Shown here: one piece after another, positions 1 to 12,145 of the stretch
Position numbering within the stretch: position 1 is the stretch's first letter
Layout of the letters: each line of letters opens with the position of its first letter
DNA from: Candidatus Omnitrophota bacterium
GTDB taxonomy: Bacteria; Omnitrophota; Gorgyraeia; Aquiviventales; Aquiviventaceae
DNA: 60,209 bases
Assembly: GCA_023247215.1 (NCBI GenBank)
Contig: JAHFGX010000002.1
Span: 1 to 60,209 of the forward strand
Reading direction: 5' to 3'
Notes under the pieces: model-generated
What the model was told of the DNA's origin: nothing
The model's database searches: none
What the model saw: only the letters and a program-made list of their open reading frames with translations
Made by a program: the position numbers and the translations under genes

Positions 1-1
1 C

Positions 2-520
2 GCTGCGGAAGCGGACGGCTATCGGCTGACGCGGGTACTCTTGACTCATTCGCATTTCGACCATGTGATGGGCTTGGGAGAATTGCTCAAGGCGGTGGAT
101 GTGCCGGTCCACATCCATGAAACCGAAGCCTCAGCGCTCCCCGTGGCTCCCTCGTCGCTGCAGGTGGTCAGGCACGGCGACCCCATCCAGGTCGGACAGG
201 TCCCAATCACCGTGATTCATACGCCGGGGCACACCCCCGGCTCTCAGTGCCTGCTGGTGAATGGTCGTCTCCTGTCCGGAGACACGTTGTTCATCGGGGG
301 GTGTGGCCGCTGCGATCTGCCCGGCGGCGATCCGCGGGCGCTGTATCACAGCTTGACGCATACGCTCAAGCACTTGGATGACCAGACGGCTCTCTATCCC
401 GGGCACAATTATGCGCCCTCCCCGCACTCCACCTTGGGGCAGGAGAAGCACGGCAACCCATTCCTTCAGCCGGAGAACTTGGAGCAATTCCTTCGCCTCG
501 TCGGAGCCGCCCTGTCATGA
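2..520 (+). CDS. MBL-fold metallo-hydrolase (glyoxalase II-like), 5' end outside window
   Basis: Frame is open from the window edge. It has the THSHFDH (HxHxDH) zinc motif, then HTPGHTPG and GDTLFIGGCGR motifs typical of MBL hydrolases. Confidence 0.75.
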   Translation, partial: AAEADGYRLTRVLLTHSHFDHVMGLGELLKAVDVPVHIHETEASALPVAPSSLQVVRHGDPIQVGQVPITVIHTPGHTPGSQCLLVNGRLLSGDTLFIGGCGRCDLPGGDPRALYHSLTHTLKHLDDQTALYPGHNYAPSPHSTLGQEKHGNPFLQPENLEQFLRLVGAALS

Positions 521-1089
521 GTGCAGCAGCATTGAAGGAATGGGCCAGCGTCGTCCACGCGTTCGGAACAGGGGAGCAGCTCGTCCTGATCCGCAAGGGG
601 GGCTTGGTTGAGGCATCACGCGGATTTGAAGTGCTCGCCGACCGCTTCGTGTTCTATCCCACCTTCGAGCATCAAACGGTCAATTTCCTCCGGCCGGACT
701 ACGCCGGCTATCTGGACCTGGAGCTGCGCAGCCGTCCGTCGGAGGGCCAGGTGCGGATTGAGTGGGGCGGGCTCGTGACCGCCTCCGCCTCCACCACAGA
801 TGCGTCGGTCCTGAAGCGGCTGACCTCCTTCCACATTTATAACGACGCATTTTTGGAGCAGCGGCTGCACTGGCAGCCGGATCAGCCGCTGGTCGTAGCG
901 ATCGTGCGCGCGTTCCGGCTGCCTGCGCCGCAGGTCCTGCCGGTGTCGCCTCGCTATGGCGGATGCAAGTCGTGGGTGGATCTTGATGGCTCCATGCCGT
1001 TGGATGGAGCAGTCCCCGTGCTTGACGACGCGGCCTTCGCCCAGCGTCTTCAGCCTATTCGGGCGGTCCTCGGCCTGACCGAGATTTGA
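517..1089 (+). CDS. DUF1802 family protein
   Basis: N-terminus ALKEWASVVHAFGTGEQLVLIRKGG resembles the DUF1802 signature. The ATGA start/stop overlap with the upstream gene suggests coupling. Confidence 0.55.
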   Translation: MSAAALKEWASVVHAFGTGEQLVLIRKGGLVEASRGFEVLADRFVFYPTFEHQTVNFLRPDYAGYLDLELRSRPSEGQVRIEWGGLVTASASTTDASVLKRLTSFHIYNDAFLEQRLHWQPDQPLVVAIVRAFRLPAPQVLPVSPRYGGCKSWVDLDGSMPLDGAVPVLDDAAFAQRLQPIRAVLGLTEI

Positions 1090-1115
1090 CACCCCTCAAC
1101 TGCCTTTGCTAGACT
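1086..1115 (+). promoter_or_regulatory. candidate sigma70 promoter of cobO-ilvD (TTGACA-N18-TAGACT)
   Basis: TTGACA at 1086-1091 and TAGACT at 1110-1115, about 20 nt upstream of the cobO ATG. Confidence 0.35.
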
Positions 1116-1136
1116 GGCGTTGACTCATTCCCCACC

Positions 1137-1685
1137 ATGCCCCGTCGAGGATTGCTCATCGTCTATACCGGAAACGGCAAAGGCAAAACCACGGCGGCGC
1201 TTGGGGCCGTCTTCCGCGCGCTCGGGCACGGGTGGCGGGTGGCCGTCTTGCAGTTTTTCAAGGGGGACTGGCCGGTCGTGTTCGGGGAACTGGAGATGGG
1301 CAAGCGGCTGGCGCCCCAGTTGGAAGTGCTGCAGCTCGGCAAAGGGTTCGTCCAGCACATGGGCGACAAGAAACCATTGGCCGAACATGTGGACGCGGCC
1401 CGGGATGCCCTGCGCATCGCGCGGGAAAAAATCACCTCCGGGGCCTACGACCTGATCCTGCTGGATGAGATTATCTACGCCATTGATTACGCCGGGGTGC
1501 AGCTCATCAGCGTTGAGGACGTGCTGGAGCTCATTCACGTGAAGCCGCCGCCACTCCACTTGATCATGACCGGGCGCAATGCGCCGCAAGCGATCGTGGA
1601 CCAAGCCGACTTGGTGACCGAGATGCGGGAGATCAAGCACCCCTGGCAGCAGCGCATTCCCGCCCAACTGGGGATTGATTACTGA
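1137..1685 (+). CDS. cobO: cob(I)yrinic acid a,c-diamide adenosyltransferase (CobO/BtuR type)
   Basis: [20 protein letters not shown]-loop; the length (182 aa) and overall pattern are typical of CobO. Confidence 0.85.
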   Translation: MPRRGLLIVYTGNGKGKTTAALGAVFRALGHGWRVAVLQFFKGDWPVVFGELEMGKRLAPQLEVLQLGKGFVQHMGDKKPLAEHVDAARDALRIAREKITSGAYDLILLDEIIYAIDYAGVQLISVEDVLELIHVKPPPLHLIMTGRNAPQAIVDQADLVTEMREIKHPWQQRIPAQLGIDY

Positions 1686-3433
1686 TGGATCTCCGTTCTC
1701 ACAGCCGCGTGATGCTCGACGGACCCGATCGCGCGCCGTCCCGCGCCATGCTCAAGGCGCTGGGCCTCACCGACGAGGATTTACGCCGTCCGCTCATCGG
1801 CATTGCCAATACCTGGATCGAGGTGATGCCGTGCAATATCCATCTGCGCCGGCTGGCGGAGCGGGTGAAGGCGGGGGTCCGGGCGGCCGGTGGCACGCCG
1901 ATTGAGTTCAACACGATTGCCGTGTCCGACGGTATCGCCATGGGCACCGAGGGGATGAAGGCCTCGCTCATCAGTCGCGAAGTGATCGCCGACTCCATTG
2001 AGCTGGTGGTCCGTGGTCATGCGTTTGACGGGGTGGTGGCTCTCTCCGGCTGCGACAAGACCATCCCCGGCACCGTGATGGCGCTGCTCCGCCTGGATCT
2101 CCCCTCGCTGATGCTCTACGGCGGCTCCATCGCTCCTGGGAAATTTGACGGCCGGGACGTCACGATCCAGGACGTCTTTGAGGCCGTCGGGGCCTGCGCT
2201 GCCGGCCGGATGAGCGAAGCCGATCTGCATCGCCTCGAAGACCGCGCTTGCCCCGGCCCTGGAGCATGCGGTGGGCAATTCACCGCCAACACGATGGCCA
2301 TGGCCATGGAAATGCTGGGCATCTGCCCCATGGGCAGCGGCAGCGTGCCGGCCATGGACTCCACCAAGGAGGAGGTGGCGTTTGAGGCGGGCAAACTCGT
2401 CATGGATGTGCTGCGCCGAAACCTGCGGCCTCGGCAGATCGTGACGCGTCAGGCACTGGAGAACGCCATCGCGGCGGTCGCAGCGACCGGCGGCTCGACG
2501 AACAGTGTGTTACATCTGCTGGCGCTGGCCCGCGAAGCGGGCGTCGCCTTGGCCATTGACGACTTTGATCGCATCAGCGGTCGTACGCCGCTGCTGGCGG
2601 ATCTCAAGCCGTGGGGCCGGTTCGTGGCCACCGATTTATACCGTGCGGGTGGAGTAGCCGTTATCGCCAAGCGGTTGCTGGAAGCCAAGCGCCTGCATGC
2701 GTTCGCCAAAACGGTAACCGGCCGCACGATCGGGGAAGAAGCCAAGGCGGCCAGAGAAACTCCCGGCCAGCTGGTTGTCAGTTCGCTGGCCACGCCCCTC
2801 CGCCCCAACGGCGGGCTGGTGGTCCTGCACGGCAACCTGGCTCCCGAAGGCTGTGTGGTCAAGATTACCGGTCATGAATCTCGCCGGCACGAGGGTCCAG
2901 CGCAGGTGTTTGATTCCGAGGAGGCGGCATTTGCCGCGGTCCAGCGGCGGCGGATCAAGGCCGGCGACGTGGTGGTCGTGCGCTACGAAGGCCCCAAAGG
3001 CGGTCCTGGCATGCGGGAAATGCTGGCGGTGACCGCCGCCATCGTCGGGCAGGGGCTGGGCGAATCGGTCGCCCTCTTGACCGATGGCCGTTTCTCCGGA
3101 GCGACCCGGGGCCTCATGGCCGGCCATGTGGCGCCGGAAGCGGCGGCAGGCGGGCCGATTGCGCTGTTGAAGAACGGCGATCGAGTCATCTTTGACATTG
3201 AGAAGCGCCGATTGGACGTGCGCTGCGCCGCAACGGAACTGCGGCGTCGCCAGGCCGCATGGAAGCCGCCAACGCCACGCTATCGCTCAGGGGTGATGGC
3301 GAAATATGCCGCTTCAGTGTCGTCGGCTTCTGAAGGGGCGATCACAACGGCTGTATTTTCAATCGGATCTGGTGCACGGACACGTTTACGGGGACGTGGC
3401 GGAACTGGTATACGCGCTAGGTTGAGGGCCTAG
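1685..3433 (+). CDS. ilvD: dihydroxy-acid dehydratase
   Basis: [25 protein letters not shown]-terminus, [14 protein letters not shown] and the ...[15 protein letters not shown]-terminal consensus. The ORF carries a 28-aa tail that runs into tRNA-Leu. Confidence 0.95.
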   Translation: MDLRSHSRVMLDGPDRAPSRAMLKALGLTDEDLRRPLIGIANTWIEVMPCNIHLRRLAERVKAGVRAAGGTPIEFNTIAVSDGIAMGTEGMKASLISREVIADSIELVVRGHAFDGVVALSGCDKTIPGTVMALLRLDLPSLMLYGGSIAPGKFDGRDVTIQDVFEAVGACAAGRMSEADLHRLEDRACPGPGACGGQFTANTMAMAMEMLGICPMGSGSVPAMDSTKEEVAFEAGKLVMDVLRRNLRPRQIVTRQALENAIAAVAATGGSTNSVLHLLALAREAGVALAIDDFDRISGRTPLLADLKPWGRFVATDLYRAGGVAVIAKRLLEAKRLHAFAKTVTGRTIGEEAKAARETPGQLVVSSLATPLRPNGGLVVLHGNLAPEGCVVKITGHESRRHEGPAQVFDSEEAAFAAVQRRRIKAGDVVVVRYEGPKGGPGMREMLAVTAAIVGQGLGESVALLTDGRFSGATRGLMAGHVAPEAAAGGPIALLKNGDRVIFDIEKRRLDVRCAATELRRRQAAWKPPTPRYRSGVMAKYAASVSSASEGAITTAVFSIGSGARTRLRGRGGTGIRARLRA

Positions 3434-3471
3434 TGCCGCAAGGCATGGAGGTTCAAATCCTCTCGTCCCCA
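3390..3471 (+). tRNA. tRNA-Leu (anticodon GAG), class II with long variable arm, CCA not encoded
   Basis: Acceptor GGGGACG/CGTCCCC, anticodon stem CTAGG/CCTAG with loop TTGAGGG, variable arm TGCCGCAAGGCAT, T arm GGAGG-TTCAAAT-CCTCT. Confidence 0.85.
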
Positions 3472-3500
3472 CGTTTTAATTGTGCATAACGATTTCGGTC

Positions 3501-3529
3501 TTGACAGCACAAGGTTGGACTGTTAGGAT
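3501..3529 (+). promoter_or_regulatory. candidate rRNA operon promoter (TTGACA-N17-TAGGAT)
   Basis: Consensus -35 at 3501-3506 and TAGGAT at 3524-3529, in the AT-richer leader about 300 nt upstream of the 16S. Confidence 0.35.
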
Positions 3530-3618
3530 TGACACTCCTCTTTGAAAAGAAGAGGAGCGCTGACAAGTTTGCGTTTGACAAGGTAGCGACGACAAGCAGC
3601 TTTGTTGTGAAGGGCATC

Positions 3619-3653
3619 CCTGCGCCTTCAACAAAAGGCGCAGGTATTTTTTT
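3619..3653 (+). promoter_or_regulatory. boxB-like leader hairpin (CCTGCGCCTT/AAGGCGCAGG) followed by a T-run
   Basis: Perfect 10-bp stem (3619-3628 / 3635-3644) followed by TATTTTTTT. It lies immediately 5' of boxA, as in rrn antitermination leaders. Confidence 0.4.
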
Positions 3654-3671
3654 CCCAATTTTGGTTGTGGT

Positions 3672-3684
3672 TGCTCTTTGATAA
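3672..3684 (+). promoter_or_regulatory. boxA antitermination element (TGCTCTTTGATAA), 16S leader
   Basis: Close match to the bacterial boxA consensus TGCTCTTTAACAA. A second copy lies upstream of the 23S. Confidence 0.6.
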
Positions 3685-3803
3685 TTCGAGAGAGACTGTG
3701 CTCCAGTTGTTCCTGAGAGTGGAGAGCTCCTCAACACACTCAGGCAGGGATGTGGTGCTTGACCCGTAAGGGAACGGTGCTGCGTTTGCTGCCTGAACAA
3801 TAG

Positions 3804-5374
<1,571 letters not shown>

Positions 5375-5435
5375 AAGGAGCGGTGCTCACATTCCTGGGA
5401 ATAACCAGGGGCGCAGTCCTCTCGAATTATTCTTT

Positions 5436-5465
5436 TTGACAAGCTCGGCGCGGCCTCGCTACAAT
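5436..5465 (+). promoter_or_regulatory. candidate internal promoter in the 16S-tRNA spacer (TTGACA-N18-TACAAT)
   Basis: TTGACA at 5436-5441 and TACAAT at 5460-5465, 20 nt upstream of tRNA-Ile. Confidence 0.4.
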
Positions 5466-5484
5466 GCACGAGCCACGGCCGTTC

Positions 5485-5560
5485 GGGCCGATAGCTCAGT
5501 TAGCAGAGCACCGTGCTGATAACGCGGGGGTCAGTGGTGCAATTCCACTTCGGCCCACCA
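5485..5560 (+). tRNA. tRNA-Ile (anticodon GAU), CCA encoded
   Basis: Acceptor GGGCCGA/TCGGCCC, anticodon loop CTGATAA, 3' ACCA. D-loop AGTTAGCA and T-loop TGCAATT are atypical. Confidence 0.8.
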
Positions 5561-5638
5561 TCTTGTCAACCCGTTCTTTTTCAAGGTTCACGTGGGATCA
5601 CATGACCACGCGGCCAGCTGTGGCGGCGCGCACCGTCG

Positions 5639-5711
5639 GGGGCAGTAGCTCAGCTGGGAGAGCGCCTGATTTGCATTCAGGAGGTCAGGGGTTCGATCCC
5701 CCTCTGCTCCA
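5639..5711 (+). tRNA. tRNA-Ala (anticodon UGC), CCA not encoded
   Basis: GGGGCAG/CTGCTCC acceptor with the G3:U70 identity pair, anticodon loop TTTGCAT, T-loop TTCGATC. Confidence 0.9.
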
Positions 5712-5770
5712 CGTTTTGTGAACCTCAACAGATTTGTCCTCCCTCCGGTCTTCCCGGAGCTGAGGGCTGC

Positions 5771-5783
5771 TGCTCTTTGACAA
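5771..5783 (+). promoter_or_regulatory. boxA element (TGCTCTTTGACAA), 23S leader
   Basis: Second boxA-like copy, 30 nt upstream of the 23S processing stem. Confidence 0.6.
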
Positions 5784-5811
5784 CTACATTGGTCTCGTCG
5801 AGTTTCTTCGT

Positions 5812-8807
<2,996 letters not shown>

Positions 8808-8852
8808 ACGGTTTTTATTTACTCGACGAGACAACCAATGTAGTTGGTCAGT

Positions 8853-8888
8853 TTGGCTGCGAAGCGGGTGACACCGCTTCGCAGCCAA
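8853..8888 (+). other. perfect 15-bp hairpin in the 23S-5S spacer
   Basis: TTGGCTGCGAAGCGG (8853-8867), loop GTGACA, CCGCTTCGCAGCCAA (8874-8888). Confidence 0.7.
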
Positions 8889-8895
8889 CCGTTTT

Positions 8896-9013
8896 CTGGA
8901 GTGCCTATACCGAGGGGGTCACACCCGATCCCATTCCGAATTCGGTCGTTAAGCCCCTCAGGGCCGATGGTACTTATCCCGCAAGGGATTGGGAGAGTAG
9001 GACGGCGCTCCGG
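8896..9013 (+). rRNA. rrf: 5S ribosomal RNA
   Basis: Helix I CTGGAGTGCC/GGCGCTCCGG, conserved CCGATCCCATTCCGAA and GTACT...GGGAGAGTAGG segments, 118 nt, followed by a T-run. Confidence 0.85.
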
Positions 9014-9057
9014 TTTTTCTTTCGCGGGTCCTGGCAAGGCATTCGCTTGATGCTTAA

Positions 9058-9080
9058 CAGATTTTTCTTCGAAAAATCTG
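9058..9080 (+). other. AT-rich 10-bp hairpin (CAGATTTTTC-ttc-GAAAAATCTG)
   Basis: Perfect inverted repeat seen directly in the sequence downstream of the 5S. Confidence 0.6.
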
Positions 9081-9131
9081 AATTCGCATCTGCACGAATG
9101 ACTTGCCACCCGCTCATGAGAGTATAAAAAT

Positions 9132-9157
9132 GGCGGTCCGAAAGGGCCGCCGTTTTT
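9132..9157 (+). terminator. rho-independent terminator of the rRNA operon
   Basis: GGCGGTCC-GAAA-GGGCCGCC stem with a GAAA tetraloop, followed by GTTTTT. Confidence 0.75.
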
Positions 9158-9172
9158 AAGTGAGATTGCGGC

Positions 9173-9250
9173 AGCCGCGGGCGGGAGCGCGCGGCTGTTT
9201 TGTTGGGGAGGGAAGGAGTACAATAGAGAAGCGCGTTTAACCGGCACGCA
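9173..9250 (+). repeat. copy 1 of a ~78-bp terminator-promoter module
   Basis: Hairpin CAGCCGCG/CGCGGCTG plus T-run (9172-9201), then GGAGTACAAT (-10-like TACAAT at 9219-9224). About 80% identical by eye to 9751-9829. Confidence 0.7.
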
Positions 9251-9288
9251 GAGCTTGGTGGCACATCACTCTTGTCAGGAGGGCCGCA

Positions 9289-9477
9289 ATGAACCAGAAA
9301 ATCTTTAACACGCTTGCTGGAATGGTATTCTTGGCGGTCGCCATTCTCCATCTATGCAGATTCTTTTTTCGGTGGGACGCGATCATTGGCGGGTGGGTCG
9401 TGCCGATGGGGGTCAGCGTTCTTGCGCTTGTGCTGTCTGGGTATTTGGCCTATTCTGCCTTCAAGCTGAGAAGGTAA
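9289..9477 (+). CDS. small membrane protein (2 predicted TM helices), hypothetical
   Basis: 62 aa with two hydrophobic segments (LAGMVFLAVAILHL and VVPMGVSVLALVLSGYLAY). AGGAGGG Shine-Dalgarno lies 7 nt upstream. Confidence 0.45.
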   Translation: MNQKIFNTLAGMVFLAVAILHLCRFFFRWDAIIGGWVVPMGVSVLALVLSGYLAYSAFKLRR

Positions 9478-9487
9478 GGAGACAGAG

Positions 9488-9724
9488 ATGGCGTATGATG
9501 CGAGTCTGGATCAGGAGTTGTTTGCGAAGGCGTGGGAGAATGACGCCGGGCGACTAATCGTGGGGATCTATTCGTACAAGGGAGGCCCCAAGAAGGTCCA
9601 GATCCGGCGGGAGCCCAAGGAAGAGGCGGGCCGGCCGTCGTTTGCCAAGCTGGGCCGCTTGACGAAAGAGGAGCTCCAGGGCATTCTGCCGCTCTTGCAG
9701 GAAGCCTTGGGCCAGCTCGGATAA
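9488..9724 (+). CDS. PC4/YdbC-like small DNA-binding protein (putative)
   Basis: 78 aa. The pattern IVGIYSYKGGPKKVQIRRE...AKLGRLTKEELQGILPLL resembles bacterial YdbC/PC4-like proteins (xSWNGGxPKxDIR...KGxTLTxEE). Confidence 0.4.
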   Translation: MAYDASLDQELFAKAWENDAGRLIVGIYSYKGGPKKVQIRREPKEEAGRPSFAKLGRLTKEELQGILPLLQEALGQLG

Positions 9725-9750
9725 CAGCACAAGAGTTTTGAGGGTTGATA

Positions 9751-9829
9751 AGCCGCGGGCGGAAGCTCGCGGCTTTTTTGTTGAGGGGCAAAGGAGTACA
9801 ATGGGGAAACGCGTGCAACCAGACACGGG
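9751..9829 (+). repeat. copy 2 of the ~78-bp terminator-promoter module
   Basis: Hairpin AAGCCGCG/CGCGGCTT plus T6 (9750-9779), then GGAGTACAAT (TACAAT at 9797-9802). Direct repeat of 9173-9250. Confidence 0.7.
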
Positions 9830-9839
9830 AGGCAGGGCG

Positions 9840-10607
9840 ATGAAGATTCTGAGAAATGTGGCGATCGGCCTCGTCGTGGTGGTGGGGCTGCTGCTCCTGA
9901 GCAAGAACGCCATTGCCACCATGGCGATGACCGGCGGGGTGAAGGCGATCACCGGGTTGGACCTGAAGATCCGGCGTCTTGATGTCAGCCTCTTGCGGAC
10001 GAAACTGGACGTGCAAGGGCTGCAGGTGATGAACCCGGCGGGCTTCATGGATCCGGTCATGGTGGACATCCCGGAGCTGTTCGTGGATTTCGATCTGCCG
10101 GCCGTGCTGCGCGGCCGCCCTCACTTGGAAGAGCTGCGGCTGCATCTGAACGAGCTAGTTGTGGTGAAAAATGCGCAGGGCCAGGTCAACCTCCAGTCCC
10201 TCAAAGCCGTCCGGGCCAGCCAAGAGCGCTCGGCCAAACCGTCACCTCAACTGCCAGCGGCTCCCCTCCTGATTGATACGCTGGAGCTGTACATCGGCAA
10301 GGTGATTTACAAGGACTACTCCGCCCCCACCCCGCAGGTCCGGGAGTTCAACGTGAATATCCAGGAGCAGTTCCACCACGTGACCAACCCGCAGGTACTG
10401 GCGGGATTGATCATCACGCGCGCGCTGGCCCAGACGACCATTGCGAACCTCGCGAACCTGGATGTGAGCGCGCTGCAATCCGATGTGACCGGGTTTCTCA
10501 CAGGCTCGATTGACCAGGCTGTCGGCATGGGCGGGAAGGCGCTTGGGACGGCCGAGGATGCCGTGAAGGGCACCGCCGGCGCGCTGAAAAAGATGTTGGG
10601 GCAGTGA
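9840..10607 (+). CDS. membrane-anchored hypothetical protein
   Basis: ATG at 9840 preceded by GGGAGG. N-terminal TM helix MKILRNVAIGLVVVVGLLLLS. The ORF-track start at 9738 lies inside the terminator/repeat. Confidence 0.5.
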   Translation: MKILRNVAIGLVVVVGLLLLSKNAIATMAMTGGVKAITGLDLKIRRLDVSLLRTKLDVQGLQVMNPAGFMDPVMVDIPELFVDFDLPAVLRGRPHLEELRLHLNELVVVKNAQGQVNLQSLKAVRASQERSAKPSPQLPAAPLLIDTLELYIGKVIYKDYSAPTPQVREFNVNIQEQFHHVTNPQVLAGLIITRALAQTTIANLANLDVSALQSDVTGFLTGSIDQAVGMGGKALGTAEDAVKGTAGALKKMLGQ

Positions 10608-10629
10608 CCGGAGGCGGCATTCGCTCGAG

Positions 10630-11136
10630 ATGGTGACGGTGGTGCTGGACGGCTATAACGTGATCCATGCGGTGCCGGAGCTGGCACGGCAGTTGGACCG
10701 CAGCTTGCAGGCGGCGCGGGAGGCGTTGGTGAGCCTGTGCCAGGCCTACCAGGCCCGGCGCGGCGATGTGGAGCGGGTGTGCGTGGTGTTCGACGGGAAT
10801 CAGGGCGAGATGTTGTGGAGCCAGATGATGCCGAAGGGCGGGGTCACGGTGCTGTTCACGACGCGGCAGGAAGAGGCCGACGACCGGATCTTGCGCCTCA
10901 TCCGGTCGGAGAGAGGCCGGCGCCGGTTTCTTGTCGTGTCGAATGACACGTACGTCTTCAACAACGTCCGCGCCCACGGCGTGTCCGTCATGCCGGTGAG
11001 CGAGTTCTATGCAACGCTGCACCCGGCGCGCGCTCCGCAGCCGGAGCGTCCTGCGCTGACTGATAAAGCCGCGCTCTCGGCCCGCGAAGCGCGCCGGATT
11101 ACGGAAGACTATCGCGCCTACCTGGAGGGGAAGTAA
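10630..11136 (+). CDS. NYN domain (YacP/Rae1-like) predicted RNase
   Basis: VVLDGYNVIHAVPEL ... VVFDG ... VLFTTRQEEADDRI pattern typical of the YacP-like NYN family. Confidence 0.65.
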   Translation: MVTVVLDGYNVIHAVPELARQLDRSLQAAREALVSLCQAYQARRGDVERVCVVFDGNQGEMLWSQMMPKGGVTVLFTTRQEEADDRILRLIRSERGRRRFLVVSNDTYVFNNVRAHGVSVMPVSEFYATLHPARAPQPERPALTDKAALSAREARRITEDYRAYLEGK

Positions 11137-11141
11137 TTTCG

Positions 11142-11735
11142 ATGGCCGCCGGCGCGAGGGTCTTGGCGTTTGCGGGCAGCACGAGGACGGAGTCGTTCAA
11201 TAAGAAGCTGGTGAAGATCGCCGTGGCGGGCGCGAAGGCGGCCGGCGCTGAGGTGACGCTGATTGATCTGCGGGATTTTCCGATGCCGCTCTACGACGGT
11301 GATCTCGAAGCGTCTGAGGGCATCCCGACGCAGGCGAAGCGGTTTAAGGAGCTGATGCGGTCACATGATGGATTGTTGCTGTCGTGTCCCGAATACAACA
11401 GCTCCATGACCGGCGTGTTCAAGAACGCGATTGACTGGGCCTCCCGGCAGGAACCAGGCGAGGCGCCTCTGGCCTGTTTCACCGGGAAGGTGGCTACGCT
11501 CATGAGCGCCTCCCCGGGGGCGCTCGGAGGACTGCGGGGGCTGGTGCACGTCCGTGCGATGCTGGGGAATATCAACGTGCTGGTCCTGCCGGATCAGGTC
11601 GCGGTGCCCAGAGCCCACGAGGCGTTCCAGCCGGACGGCGCGCTGAAGGACCCCAAGCAGCAGGCCGCCATTGAGCAGTTGGGCCGGTCGCTGGCGGCGA
11701 TGCTGGCGAAACTCCACAGCCAGGCGTCCGGATGA
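11142..11735 (+). CDS. NADPH-dependent FMN reductase family oxidoreductase
   Basis: VLAFAGSTRTESFNKKL, CPEYNSSMTGVFKNAIDW and similar motifs typical of the FMN_red family. Confidence 0.75.
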   Translation: MAAGARVLAFAGSTRTESFNKKLVKIAVAGAKAAGAEVTLIDLRDFPMPLYDGDLEASEGIPTQAKRFKELMRSHDGLLLSCPEYNSSMTGVFKNAIDWASRQEPGEAPLACFTGKVATLMSASPGALGGLRGLVHVRAMLGNINVLVLPDQVAVPRAHEAFQPDGALKDPKQQAAIEQLGRSLAAMLAKLHSQASG

Positions 11736-12091
11736 GGCGGGCGCATCGGCACCATCATTCCCTGTGGCGGCGGGGCGTCTATTCCGTGGCGCTGCTGACG
11801 GTCTTGTTGGCCATCGGGACTATCGGCATGCACGCCTTTGAAGGGATGGGCTATCTCGAGGCCTTTTACTTTATGAGCATGGTGGCGACGGCGCAGGGGC
11901 CGGTTGTCGTGCCTCACGCGCCAGGCGGGAAGCTCTTCACGGTCTTCATGGCGTTCGTTTCCGTGGGCGCGGTCACCGCCGCCCTCGGTTATCTCTTCGG
12001 GCCGTTTTTCACGCGCATCTGGCGGATCAGCGTGCATAAGCTGGAAGCGGAAGAGAAGCTGTTGGCGGCCAAGTTCAAGGAGCGGCGCTAA
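11732..12091 (+). CDS. two-TM ion-channel-like protein (Ion_trans_2-like, degenerate filter)
   Basis: TM1, pore-helix-like YLEAFYFMSMVATAQGP, then TM2. The K+ filter TVGYG is replaced by TAQGP. Confidence 0.4.
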   Translation: MRRAHRHHHSLWRRGVYSVALLTVLLAIGTIGMHAFEGMGYLEAFYFMSMVATAQGPVVVPHAPGGKLFTVFMAFVSVGAVTAALGYLFGPFFTRIWRISVHKLEAEEKLLAAKFKERR

Positions 12092-12145
12092 GCAGCGGTT
12101 TACCGGCGATGAGGAAGTAAAGGAAGAAGCCACAGAGAGGGGTGC

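Noticed and set aside
1090-1136. Possible cobalamin riboswitch upstream of cobO.
   Set aside because: The intergenic region is only 47 nt and holds a promoter-like TTGACA/TAGACT pair; no B12-box is present.
3390-3800. tRNA-Leu as an integration hotspot for a genomic island.
   Set aside because: No integrase, direct repeat of the tRNA 3' end or foreign-looking genes follow it. The rRNA operon starts immediately downstream.
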